Assembly (NCBI GenBank): GCA_020536535.1 | Contig: JAHLWZ010000850.1 | Span: 1-64,000, forward strand | Source of the DNA: Pelomyxa schiedti | Taxonomy: Eukaryota; Protista; Evosea | Direction of reading: 5' to 3' | Length of the DNA stretch: 64,000 bases | Shown: piece after piece, positions 12,740 through 25,196 of the stretch | Position numbering within the stretch: the stretch's first letter is position 1 | Layout of the letters: each line of letters opens with the position of its first letter | The notes under the pieces: model-generated | Seen by the model: only the letters and a program-made list of their open reading frames with translations | The model's database searches: none | What the model was told of the DNA's origin: nothing | Position numbers and translations under genes: made by a program

Positions 12740-15200
12740 TCAATTAAAAATGGATAACGGGTGTGCCTCTGTGTTGAACACGTATTTATCAAGTGGAATG
12801 AGGTCGTCTGGCGAATACAACAAGTACAGGTACTGCAATGAGTTGTGGGTGAGTGTTGGTAATACCAAGCAAAAAGGAATTACCTTGAGTGTTTCTGCCA
12901 GGAAATAGCTTGGTTGGGAGTCATCCTTGACAAACTTGCCATCAACTACATTGAGAATCCCACTGTAGCCTCCACCCGCGCACTTACAGTGTTTGTCGAT
13001 TGCCAACCAGAGATCCCAGCCCCAATCTGTGTTGAGTTTTAATATTAGAAGTTAGGGTTTGGGCTGAGTACAGTTTACCTTGATAAATCGGATCATGTGT
13101 CAGCCTCCATAAAATAAACATACTCTCCAGTGTTTCTATCAGAATGTGCTATGAGCTCCGACGAATAAAACTGCAGAAATACCTGGCCTAAGAAGAAAAT
13201 GCTTTGCGCCAGCAACAAAGTCAGAGCCGTCAACAAAATTCACAAATTCGGGTGCCAACCCTGGACGGAGGTTAGCTCATTATTCTGGAGGGTTTGACGG
13301 GCCTGAAGGCATTCGCGTCCACATTTCATAACAAGTTCGGGTAATTTCCTTTGCAAGATGCATGTGCAGCTCGCTATCCCTATTTGGGTGCTGTGTTGAG
13401 TTGTATCTGGAGGCTCCCATTGCAAACATTGCTCCAGCAAAGCACGCCTGCATTGCCACAGTTGTTATTGAATAGGTAGTTAAGAAGCAGATTTCTACGC
13501 ATACAAGTTCATCCATTTTCGGAACCGCGTGATTGTTGTCGTACTCACTCAAGTAGGTGAGCTTACTTGGAGAAGAAACTTTGACAAGATGCTCCACAAC
13601 ACTTTTCATAGCTTCATCGTAGTATTCTCGATATTTTGCTCCCTCAGTTCCTGGACCACTGAGAGGTGTAAATGTGGAGAAAAAAGGAAATTGTGTACCC
13701 AAAAAGAAGCCACATCTTCATGAGGTATTCATAAAAACTATCGCCAAGAGCCCCCAGAGAAACAACAGCTGCAACCGGTAAAAAAAAACAGAGAAACAGA
13801 GGGAAGATTCACATGAGGAAAACTGTCCAGTGCTTGGGTGAATGTACACAGGATATAACCCTTTGTTCTTTGTGGCTGCAACAAGCTGGTCAATTACTTG
13901 CAAAGCCTGTAGTCCTGAAAGAATTATACCAGGTGAAGGAAAGGCGAGGAAAGGGAAATAAAGAATGGGAGTGCCAAAGAAAAAAGTTTTTCATACTTTC
14001 TCCTCAAGTTCTGGGTCGTTAACGTGCCGTGCCAAATAGGTAAATTCTAGTTGAACTGTTCCAACTTCAGAAAGAATAGAGCACCCCCCACTCCATGAAG
14101 GATTCGTTGCTACAGCTCTTTTTGTTGGTTGAGTAGGTTTTTTTCTTCTTGAGGAGCACACACGTTCCAAGGTTGATTGTGGTTTTTGGGATTCCAGTGG
14201 GTGTTTCAAATCCATGGAGTAAGATACGAGCCAAAGTGTGTGCTTTCTCTAGAAACATTTTATCTTTGCTCAAGTCATAAGCACTCAGGAGACCCCCAAC
14301 AGTCCGTATTGTGGTCTCAAATATAGAAACATCTACATGCTAGAGTTGCTTTGGTAAGGTAATCACCACTTTCTGTGCAGACCTGCTGAAAATTGAGGGA
14401 ATCAGCCACCCAGTCACGTGCTTTTTGGAATTCATCGTAAAGTTCCATTATGAAAAGAGTGTCAAGTGCATCAACCATTGTGAGACCGAGATCTGCGAAG
14501 ATAAGAGAAAGACATTGCCAGGTGTTACACACGAAGCCAATCATTCCCCTCACGGGCAACTGGTCTAAGGTCATCCTTACCCCAGGCATATTTTGTATAG
14601 CCGCCCCAAGCATAAATCATAGCCTGATGAGGATGTGAGGCTTGCTAAATTTTACCAATTACGCACTTGACGAATGGCATCTCTACGCTCCTTTATGATA
14701 GCTTTCCTTTCATTGAGAGCTTGTTGGTCAACAGGTGATGACAAAGGAAGGACAGTTCCATTACTCGCAGGACTCGACGGAATAACTGACAATGAAAGGT
14801 GTCCTGGGATGAGCACTCCAGTTTGGGGCACTAGAAGAAAGTTGGGTCAAGTAGCAAGAAAAAGAAGGATGTCACATGATTCATAAGGCAGGCTGGTGAG
14901 TTTCACCACTAAGTAAAGGCAGAAAACGATGAAAATGAGTCCCACAAAAAGGCAGGCCGTATTGGCACTCTTTCCGCGAGTCTTCAAAGGAGCCACAAAA
15001 GATGGGCACCTTGATCTCCGCGTTTTTCTTTTGTGACTTCTGCCAATACCTGCTGGCAGTGGCAACTGTTTTGCCGTCTTTCCTGCAATTTTGTTTCGAA
15101 GCAAACGTCAGGTAACGCAGTGCGTTGGCAAGATCGCCGTACCCTTGTCGTCACTGGAATCGTCTGCCGAAGACACGTCGCTTTCGTGGTACTGGGACAT
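12740..15200 (-). CDS. Class I alpha-1,2-mannosidase (GH47), type II membrane protein
   Basis: N-terminal TM, '[12 protein letters not shown]', '[15 protein letters not shown]', '[11 protein letters not shown]', '[11 protein letters not shown]', 'VFNTEAHPL'. Confidence 0.93.
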
Positions 15201-15391
15201 TCTTTTCAAGTCAAAAGCAAAAATCTGGTTTTTTTTCCTTCCCTTTTTGAGATGTCAAACAGTGACACCTGCGCAGGGGATTTACTCCCGAATTGCCAAT
15301 AAACCCCTCAATTCCAATCCAGCACACGCTCCCAATCTACAATCTCCAATCAATCACCCGCAATCCCCAGTTGCACTCCCACTCCCCTCCC

Positions 15392-15820
15392 TCAGTCTTT
15401 TTGCTTGGCCGGGGCCTCAGGAATGACTTGGTCGGGCACCTCAGCACGAGATGCCATCATGCTGACGGGCAGGACGTAGTCATCAGGCTCAACTGGGGGA
15501 GGTTCCGCTTCTGGAACGAATTCGTCGCCCCAGGTCGTCGTTTCTGCAGCGTCGGGAATCGGCCTCACGCCCGTGGTCCTCTCAAGGTCCTCGTCAATAT
15601 GGGAACTGCAGGCGTTGTGAATTTTAGATGGTTTTGGGTGACCTTTTAATGAGTTTGCTTCGTTTATTTGTATAGTATTTTGTTGTGCTTGAGTGTTTGG
15701 GACGCACACTACGTCGCTGTAGTTGACGTCGCCCTTTGGCCTAAAATCGTACTCGCTAACAACATCAGCGTTCGTCACCGCTACAGGCTTCACACCTTCG
15801 CTCTTCTTCTCCGTGGCCAT
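15392..15820 (-). CDS. Small acidic/Pro-rich hypothetical protein (may contain an in-frame intron)
   Basis: 142-aa ORF with coding-like composition, divergent from ADPRH. No recognised family. Confidence 0.55.
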   Translation of the reverse strand: MATEKKSEGVKPVAVTNADVVSEYDFRPKGDVNYSDVVCVPNTQAQQNTIQINEANSLKGHPKPSKIHNACSSHIDEDLERTTGVRPIPDAAETTTWGDEFVPEAEPPPVEPDDYVLPVSMMASRAEVPDQVIPEAPAKQKD

Positions 15821-15961
15821 CGTGTCTCAAACAAACTCGCTATGACAAGGGTCAACTTTTTCCTTGTGTAGTACCCATCGTGCATCACCATTGGTCATCC
15901 CCGTCGTTCCGTTTTTTCGTTTTTTTTTCCCCCTGTTCGCAACGCGAAAAACCGCAAACGA

Positions 15962-17798
15962 ATGGCAGCAACTGCCTCAGACTCTTCCAACACCAACACC
16001 ACGCCCTCTGCTGCCTCCTGCTCCCTCCCACAAGAGCCGGGGGGCGGCGGCCCTGCCTCGCCCTCCCCCTCTGCCTCTGCCTCCGCGTCCTTGTCTGCAA
16101 CCCCGTCTCCTGCACCCCCTGCGGTGCTGCTGCTGCTCCCAGAGGCGTACGTGGGGTGCATGGTGCTTGGGGCCGTGGGCGACGCCCTGGGGTACTACGG
16201 GGGCCGCTGGGAGTTCATGAAGTCGGGGGCCCAGATACACGCGGAGCTCAGCGAGATGACTCGCGGGGCGGGCGTCCCGGCCCTGGCTCTGTACGGAAGG
16301 GACTGGAGGGTGTCTGACGGTTTGTGCCTTGTGTGAGTGTGGGGTCGGTGGCTTCTGCATTATGGGATGGGAGCCACTGTTTCAATTGGGGATTGTGACT
16401 TTGTGGGGGTTGTTTTTTGTGTGGCTTCCTCCTATTGTTTCCTTGCCATGATTTCACTATGATTTTTTTTTTGGGCTGTGGAAATAGATACTGTGATGCA
16501 CTTAGCCACAGCTGAGGCTTTGGCCACTGGGGCTGAGGGGAATGAGTTGTATCAATGTATTGCTGCACGCTATGTTGTTTGCTGGAAAGATATGGGTGGG
16601 AGAGCACCAGGTGCGAGCCTTCTGAAGTTTTGCACTTATTACTACTTATTTTGTTATGTGATATGTGGCAAGTTGTAAAGCTTATATTTCAGGCATGTCG
16701 TGCCTTACCGGCGTGAAAAGATTACTTGCAGATGGGTCCAACTGGGCGGAATCCGCTTTCAACCCAACTGCTGGAGGTCTCCTCCCCTCCTTCCTCTCAG
16801 CTATAGGCTTATTCCTGCCAGGTTGTGGCGCTGCCATGAGAGCCATGTGCATTGGACTTAAATATCCTCTTGCTTCACAACTGCAGTCTCTTGTAGCATG
16901 CGCTGTAGAGAGTGGTCGTATTACTCACCACAGCCCATCAGGGTATCTTGGCGCGGTTGCAGCAGCGGTATTCACAGGTAATCCAGACAGTCTTCACTGA
17001 AATTTAACCTTTCCAAGCCTACGCCATTCAAAAAGTACCAGTCATAGATTGGGGTTGGAAACTACTTGAAGAAGTTATCCCTGTTGCTAAGGAACATATC
17101 GTGTAAATTTACTTTGCTAGTCTGTGATGTTCATCTTGGTACCAGAAATTCTCGACGGTCAGTGGAACGAAACTTGGCCTTGTTCGGATATTTCCAAAAA
17201 AAGTGGAGTGATTACCTTGAATTGAGATGCATTACAAAAGCCAACAAGACTGGACCCACTTTCCCTGCAAAGTGGGGTGTTGAGGAAAGAGACTACTTCT
17301 ACCAGTCTGTGTCCTACAGTGGCTGGGGTGGCTCCAGGTTTCCATCCCTTTTCCTTTTTCCAGTTTTCTTGCTTGCTTTCTTGCTTGTTTGTTTTACTGG
17401 GTTTTGACCGTTGACCAAGAAATAACTGTTAGTGGCCATGATGCCCCCTTGATTGCCTATGATTCCTTGCTGTGGGCAAAAGATAACTGGGAGCAATTGT
17501 GTTTAGCCGGCATGCTTCATGGAGGTGACAGTGACTCCACAGGTTTGACTCCCCACTTTTTACCCTCATAAGAAAAAAAAAACCCATCCCAAAAAAAGGA
17601 ACTATAGCCGGAGCTCTTTGGGGAGCCGTTTATGGCCTTTCGAAAGTGCCCGAACGGAACTATATGTATGTTGAATATGTTGACAGAGCTGCCTCTTTGG
17701 CTCTTGAAATAGGCCGGGCCTCTCACCCAGACTTTGCTGCACAGGAGGCCCTTATGCCTGGAAACATGTCTCTCAGACCAACACTACATGGAATTTAA
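15962..17798 (+). CDS. ADPRH: ADP-ribosylarginine hydrolase (ARH1-type ADP-ribosylglycohydrolase)
   Basis: '[12 protein letters not shown]', '[15 protein letters not shown]', 'GRAPG', '[13 protein letters not shown]', '[14 protein letters not shown]', 'HGGDSDSTG'. Confidence 0.92.
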
Positions 17799-17895
17799 AT
17801 TATGTATCAAACAAACCAACGGAAACATAACCTCAAAATGGTGTTTTTTTATGTTGTTTTTCGTCAAACTTAAACAATTGGGTGGTGTGCTCCCT

Positions 17896-19941
17896 TTAGA
17901 AAATTATCTTCATGAGAAGCAGAGCAATGATAAGCACGATGAGGGACTGCAGGAAACAGGTGAGTACCTGGAAACAAAAGAAGTAACATACGATAACAGC
18001 AGGGCGCAGAGTAATAACTCTCATGTTAAGAGGTGCTGGAAGGACAAATAGCTTGTTCCATCGGCGTATGACATCACACTCCAGCGGCGGAATGTACTCA
18101 CCTGGGCCATAGACAAACCAGCGCGTGCCGGGTTTGCGGTGAAGAACCTGTTGGCGAGCCGGGCGTGATGATGCAGTGGTACTGTGTGATGGAACTACAG
18201 CACTGGCGCCTCCTCCAACCCTGAATCCAAAACCACCAAAGTTAAACCCTCCACACAGTCTAATATTTCGGTCATCAAATTCCTCCTTGCAAATGAGCTC
18301 TAGAGCTTCTTCTTCTCCTGTTCTTTGGTGAGCACATAAAAAAAACGGGGGCGGGGGCGCGGGGGGTGGGGGTTAACGTACCGAGCACGTAAATCTCTCG
18401 CACGCCACCCTCTAGTTGCTCTCCAGGTTGGAGGAAGAAAGTCTGTTCACCCAGTAGAATTTTACGGCATCCAAAGTGCTGAACACCAGTTTCATCATAG
18501 TAATCGCGGATGATACTAAATTTGTTCGGATTTGATTGAGATATATTAAAAGTACCAGTATTGACGGGATGTGAGAGTTGTAATATTCACTGTAGTAACA
18601 ACCTCCTCACCAACGTCTGGGATATAACTTTCCGCATCCTTCATGGTGACAAGCCATTCTTCACCCTTTTTATGGTATTTTCTGAAGCGATCCTCAAAAC
18701 TTAGGCGTGCCCGGAGTTGGAGCGCAGTTTTTGGTGTAAGTACAATGGCCTAGAATGATGAGACTTTACTCTCTTAGGATTAGGAAAATAACGTCTACTT
18801 GCCTTTACTGTGTCTACAACACGTTCCTCTACATCAGGCATATAGGCCTGAAGAATTGTTAAGAGTGAAACAAAAGTAATTCTCGTACTCCTTCTGCTCG
18901 GACAAGCCACTGTTCTCCAGCTTTGCGTGGTGTACCATTGCAGTCAATACAAGCGCGGTTTGCTAGGTGGTGTGGGTCGATTTATGAGTGGAATAATGCA
19001 AGCACCTGCAAGTTTAAGAGCTGTATCTGGAAGAATAATATGGGCCTAAGAGCTTGAGAAAAATGAAACAAAAACTGTGAGCCTACCTTCCTTGTTTCCA
19101 CAACTTCCACTTCAACACGGGGCTGTAGAGTTTTAAATGAATTACAGGGATAGGTTGCCACTGACCTTGTAGGTGGCGGGCCCCATAAATAGCCACTCTT
19201 CCCCAGCTTTTCTCTTCACTTGCATTACTTTTGTTGTTGGTGACGTGGCAGTTGAGAGGGTCGGAGTTGAGCTAGTGTTTCCTTCCACTTTCCCTGGGTT
19301 GACAGGTATTTCTACTGTTTCCTCAAAATCCAGATGTGCATGCAAGCGCAGTGCAGTGTTCGGGGCAACGACTTGGAAAGGGGTAATTGGGCTCTATTTG
19401 ATCGCCGATTAATCAAGTGACAACCAAGTCAGAGGCGTACAAGCAAGGCTTCCCCTGGGAACAAGGGGAAAGGATCCTCCTGCTCAAATCGAATCTCCAA
19501 GTCACCGTGTCTCAGTTGAGCTTGACCATCTTTGTCAACCACAACATTATGTTTCTGATCACGAATAACAGGGTTTTTTACAATGCAATAGTTGCGAGGA
19601 GGAATGATCAGCATCTCCTTGGGTCCTGGCGAAAAATACAGGTATTGATATCAGAAAAAAACCGAAACGAAACAAGTAATGGGCAAAAGAAGGAGCTATT
19701 CAAACCTAGGATTACACGTTCGTGTTCCCTACATAAAAATGTCTTGGGACCCACTTCAAGCCGTGTGACGAGCGTGTTCACATCCAATACATGAAGATAA
19801 TGAAACGGTGCTACCTGTTTGTTTTGTTGTTTTTTTTGTTGTTGTTTGTTTGTTTGTTTGTGTGAAAACCGTATCTGGTATTTATTAATACAGGTGAATC
19901 GTGACCAAGCACACCTTGATGAGACACGTGCGCCTGGACAT
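17896..19941 (-). CDS. Truncated major vault protein homolog: vault repeats R1-R7 followed by a C-terminal hydrophobic tail-anchor
   Basis: 'APFHYLHVLDVNTLVTRLEVGPKTF', 'IIPPRNYCIVKNPV..LRHGDLEIRFEQEDPFPLFPGE', 'RKAGEEWLFMGPATY', 'RKAGEQWLVRAEG/AYMPDVEE', 'TFFLQPGE', 'RKPGTRWFVYGPGEYIPP', then 'LRPAVI/SLIVLIIALLLMKIIF*'. Confidence 0.88.
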
Positions 19942-20316
19942 GCTTTCTTTTGTTTTTTTGTGCAGAATACCAGAATCCGCTTGGCGGTTTAATCGGCCTG
20001 TTCTGAATTTTTTCTAAAGAAGGATTGAGGAGATCCTCAGGGGCAGTTCCCCCCGGAGAGTCTTGGGCTGATCCAAAGGTGATGGCTACCTCCCACTGAG
20101 ACGGCGATTGCCTTTTCCTTGAGGATATCAGAAATCTCAATCTGATGATCGGGACATCTGTACATGTCCACCATCAAAATAACCTTCCTTGTTGTTTTTT
20201 AACTGAAAAACAATTTCTTTTCGGCTGAGAGCCGGCCCCGGCGTGCCCTGAACAAGACTGACAAAAGATTCACAATTACAAAAAAAAAAACAAAAAGAAA
20301 GAGGCGCGTTTGTGCT

Positions 20317-23300
20317 ATGAGCAGTAGCAATGGCGATTCACCAAGGTCGATACACATAAGATCGGCCAGTGTTTCTGCGGTTACGACAAGATCTCCGTCT
20401 CCAACACCGCCAACGAGGTTAGCGGCGTACGGTTTGGCGAACGGCGCGTGTCACATTCCGATTTCTGCTTCGGGGTCAACGTCCTCGCCTTCCTTGCTTT
20501 CGCCTGGTTTGGCAAGCGAGTTGAGACTTCGCAGTCACAGTGTGATGATGGGCGCATTCGTGCCTGGCAGGGGTGACGTTATGGCACCTGTTGCCCAATC
20601 TGGTATTAGAACAAGTGGCGAAAACTGCACGTCAGCCCCCCGTGTTGGGTTGATGGAATCAGCAATACCCTTGGCAAAGGATTTAGTTGTGACTAGCCAG
20701 CTGCTTGCCAAATCTGTTACTGGGGAGGTACGGCAAAACTTTTTTTGCTTGGAACTTTTTTCTTGCTAACTAAAACAAAAAGGAACGATGTGAATCGGAG
20801 GGAACAATTTTGACATTGGCTAAAGACGTCGCATCCCGTGCTCGGGCGATTGAGGAATTGGTTATGTCCCACCTTTCCCAACAAACAGTGGGTGAATCAC
20901 CACTTTGGTCTCAACTTAAGGAAGCTTTGACTAAGGTTTCTAAATCAATGCAAATCCCACCCATTACTCACTCAAAACTATTCCTGTAAAATGGTTGATT
21001 TTTACAAGGTTCAAGCAGCAGTTTTGTCACTCATAAGTGCTGTGAAGGCTGCTTTTTTGAATCCTTTTGATTTGCAGGCATCACAAAATGTTTTTACAGC
21101 CTGCAAGCACATAGCTAAATCCGTGAAAAAGGTTCGTCTCTTTGTCCTCCACTGAGACCTAATCCAGTCAGTTTATGTCTTCTGTGTCTGTAGTGGAGAA
21201 GGCTGTTTGTAGTCCTGTCCTAACCGGACAAGAATCACAGCCACCCACCACAAATAGTGTACCCTCTGTGGCAACTGCGACAGAGCAAACTCCTGCCGCT
21301 GCAGTCGTGAGCACGATTTCTCGTTGTAATCTTACTCACTGTCATTCATACAGACGAAAGGTTCCATCGACGTGATTGCAGTTACACAAGATATTATCAA
21401 AGCATTCTTGACCTCACAGCAAGCTATTTCTGTGTGTTGGATTACCCTGGATGCACTCAAATAATTATCCTTAAAGAGTCAGGATGAATCTCAATTTATA
21501 GAAGGCATACGGCTGCTTGTCAGAAGTTTTAACAAATTCATCGAATATTCTCACCTCCACCATCTTGATCACGCTCAGGTCTTTTACTGATTCCACGTAG
21601 AAGAATAACCATATAAAAGAGACTGAGAAATATGGCCATGGTAATCGGGCAGCTTTCAAAATCTGCATTTAAATTTCCGTCGGATCCAGTATATCAATCA
21701 AAGTTTATGCAAGGTATTTTGGATGCGATGGTGGCACTGACGGTTAGTTCCTGAAAGTGGTGAGAAAAAAGTGACTTCACAAAGGACATACTTTCAGCAA
21801 CTTGCTCTGCTACCCCTGAAGCTGCGGAGGCTCTGAAAATTCTTTCAAATGCTAAGACTGAACTTCTTCCAAACCACAGCCCAGAAACATGTGTGGTGCC
21901 CCTCACAAAACATTCTAATGATTGCTTTTAGCACCACAATTAAGCAAGCCGACTGATCCTCCAGTGCCCAAAATATTACTTGCTAGTGCCCGTTATGATC
22001 CGCTTGCTGCACAGCATATCATTCAACTTCTAACCTCTACGTTTCCACTGTTTAAGAAAGAGTGGGAGGAAGCTCCACCTTCACTTGTTGACTCCACTTT
22101 ACGTTCCATTGAAAGAATGGTTTCACAGAGTTCCTCTGATGTTTTGAGGTGAATTGTGGCTTTGTCCTTGAGATGCAATAACTTTCATTTTAGGAAATCG
22201 CCAAGCGCCCCTGTTATCACGGGATTTTCTCAAAAAGTATCCATCCTTTTTATCTTAATCACCTCATCATGTGCTAGGGTTCCTCCACTGGGACATCTCA
22301 AAAAACCAAAGCTGTGAGTTATAGCTAACATTATTTTGCCTCTCATAATCGAAAAGGATAAAGTAGAGGAAGTACTTTCAATGCACACACTTGCACCATC
22401 CCAATCCACTGTTTCTCTTGTTACCAAATCTGCTGTATGCAATAGTAATAATACTAAAAAATCTAACATTAACTTCACCAAGAACGTATCCCCATCACCT
22501 TTCGTGGCCACTGAGTCTGCCTCTGTAATATCCAACTTACTTAAGGCAGTTTTACAGCAATCCAACATGCTTCTGCGGGGGGAGGTTTGCCTAATAAGTA
22601 CTATCCTAACACTCACTCAACTCAGCGGGTATCCCGTATGGATTTAACAAAAAGTGTCGAGGAGTTTATGGCCAGTGTTTGCTCCCTTCTTGACGAAACA
22701 TCATCCCATGGGAAAAGTCGAGCGTCTGCTATTGCAGCTCTCACAGCATCCAACAGTTCAGCCACATCATGGGACCCCACTCAAGGCCCTCAAAAATTAG
22801 ACCTTCTTTTGGATCAACTTTGTTCTGCATCAATGCAATTAGCAGAGAAGATAAAGACACGCCCTGTGGAGTTGCGTTCCAATTTTAACAAACACAAGTA
22901 ACGAGGCATAGAATTGATGAAGCCGCTGTAGCAGATTGTACGGGGAAAAACTCTAAACGAGTCGAAGAGCTATTACTGGGTCAGGTATACAGGTTTTCCA
23001 ACTCGTTGAGGTAATCCACATCATGATGGGGTGCATCCTAAACAATCTCTAGGTTCTTCGTAATCCATCTATTTGGTGCACTAAGATTGATCTCTGGGTC
23101 AGGTGGCACTAGTACTAGCACAGTGCCAATGTTAGCTGCTATGATGCAACTTGTTGCTGCTTGTCAATGTCTTCTCTCTGGATCACAGACATTCCTGTGT
23201 CATGTTGGGACATTGCAGTGCATCACTTCAAGTAATTTTCCCCGAAACCATATTTGTTCTAATCCAAAAATTAGGAGATTCAGGGAGTATGGGCAGCAAA

Positions 23301-25078
23301 ATTGAAGAAGAGTTGGAACTAGTTTCTGATGCAGTATGACCTATCCTCTTTCTCGCGACTCCCTTTTTTTTCCGTGATCATTTTTTAGGACAATTTATCC
23401 AATCTATGGCAAGAAAAAACCTCCTACTTGTTTGACACATCCTCTGCAACCTCATCCCTCCGAACAAGTTCACCAGACACTGTTAACTCTGTGCCCCCCT
23501 TACGAGCTGGCACACTGAATAACATTGTCAATTACTTGACTTCAGAAGATTTTTACAGTTAACATCACCTAATTCTTATTAAACATAACACTGTTCCAGA
23601 TAACAAGTTTCTCAATTCTTGTATTACAACATACCAAAGTTTTTGCTCACCATGGGAATTACTGGACAAACTTCGGCAAAGGTACAGTCTCGAATCCTAA
23701 GGAACAAATTTACTTTGGCACTGTAGATACCAGGTTCCAGAATCTATCAACCCCCAAAGAGCAGGCAAGATTAAATTACGTGTGGGAATTGTACTAAAAT
23801 ACTGGATTGAAAACCAGTTTCAAGATTTTGACAGTAAAACAATAAAGGTATCCAAGATTAGTTTTACTTAGCTGAACTGTACCCAGGAACTCTTTGTATT
23901 TGCTGACTGCCTTAAAAATGATGGTCACGTCAACCTTGCAAAGGCTCTTCACACAGAGCTTTTGAAGAAAGAGGCCGAGCTTCAAACTCAGTTGCAACTG
24001 ACAGCAAAAGAGTCCCCAATCGAGGTAAACGAAAAAAATGCACAACCAGAATCATCAAAAGCAAAAAACTTACAAGAAAAAAGATACCACCGTATTCCCT
24101 GCTGGAGGTGTGGGAATCTTCAGGCGAAGGTGACGTAGCACAACAACTGACTATGATTGACCACTCTATTTTTAGAAGTATCATGGTAAACAGCGCAGAT
24201 CTTCTTTGATCCATCTTAAAATACACAGGCCTCAGAACTTCTGGATCAAAATTGGAGCAAAAAAAAGACAAAACATAAATCTGTTAATGTGCTCAGGATG
24301 ATATCGAGATCCAACCAAGTTGCCTTTTGGGTGTGAATTTTTAACGACTTCAGATACACTTCTAATGCGGAGGTAGGTTGCAACTACAATTTTATCTTGC
24401 CCCAAAGTTTCAGATAGGGCCCGGGTTTGCTCGAAGTTTATTAATGTAGCAGAGGTAACCTTCTTTTCCACTAAGGATTCTTAATAACTTCTGCTGAAGA
24501 ACTTGAGAAAGCTATGTAATTTTAATGGGTTAATGAGCATACTGGCAGGGCTAACAATGAGTCCCATATCAAGACTGTCTCTCACTTTCCAAGCAATAAG
24601 CAAACCTGTATTAAATGTAACGTGCATTGCATATTTCTTGCTGTAACCCCCAAGAAGACTTTTGAGAAACTGCAAGCCGTGATGAATCCTACCATGTCAT
24701 TCAAGACTTACAGGGAAAACCTTCGAAGAAGTACCGAATTTTGTGTACCGTACTTGGGTACATACCTATCAGACATTACGTTCATCTGTAATCATTCTGC
24801 CCTCCCATAACCCCCTGTCTTCTAAGTCACCCACAGGTGACGGCAATCCCGACTTTGTGGAGGGAGCTGTGGAGCCCGGGGGTACCCCTCCCAAGTTGAT
24901 CAACTTTAAAAAGCGCGAGATGGTTTACACAGTCATCGACGAGATCAGACTCTACCAACAACTTCCCTGTACCATTGTACCACAGGACCCTCTGCATACC
25001 CTTCTGCAAGAGATACCGCACTGTGACGAAAATCAGCTGTATGCTGTTTCACTGCAGCTGGAACCACGCAAACCCTAG
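20317..25078 (+). CDS. Ras guanine nucleotide exchange factor (REM + CDC25) with a long helical N-terminal region
   Basis: 'RAGTLNNIVNYL', 'VLKYWIENQFQDF', 'VAQQLTMIDHSIF', 'LCNFNGLMSILAGL', 'CVPYLGTYLSDITFI/DGNPD..INFKKR'. Confidence 0.9.
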
Positions 25079-25196
25079 ATAGAGGACACAGCACATTTGG
25101 GTTTTTTGATAAATAATGTTTGTACTATTTGTGTGCAGAACATGAATAAACCAGGAATTGTTCACTATCAACTTGGGCAAGAGGTTTTTTCTTCGC

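Noticed and set aside
20050-20262. RNase P/MRP RNA (GAGAGUCUUG could pair with CAAGAC as P4)
   Set aside because: Other conserved regions are not evident and internal T runs would stop Pol III.
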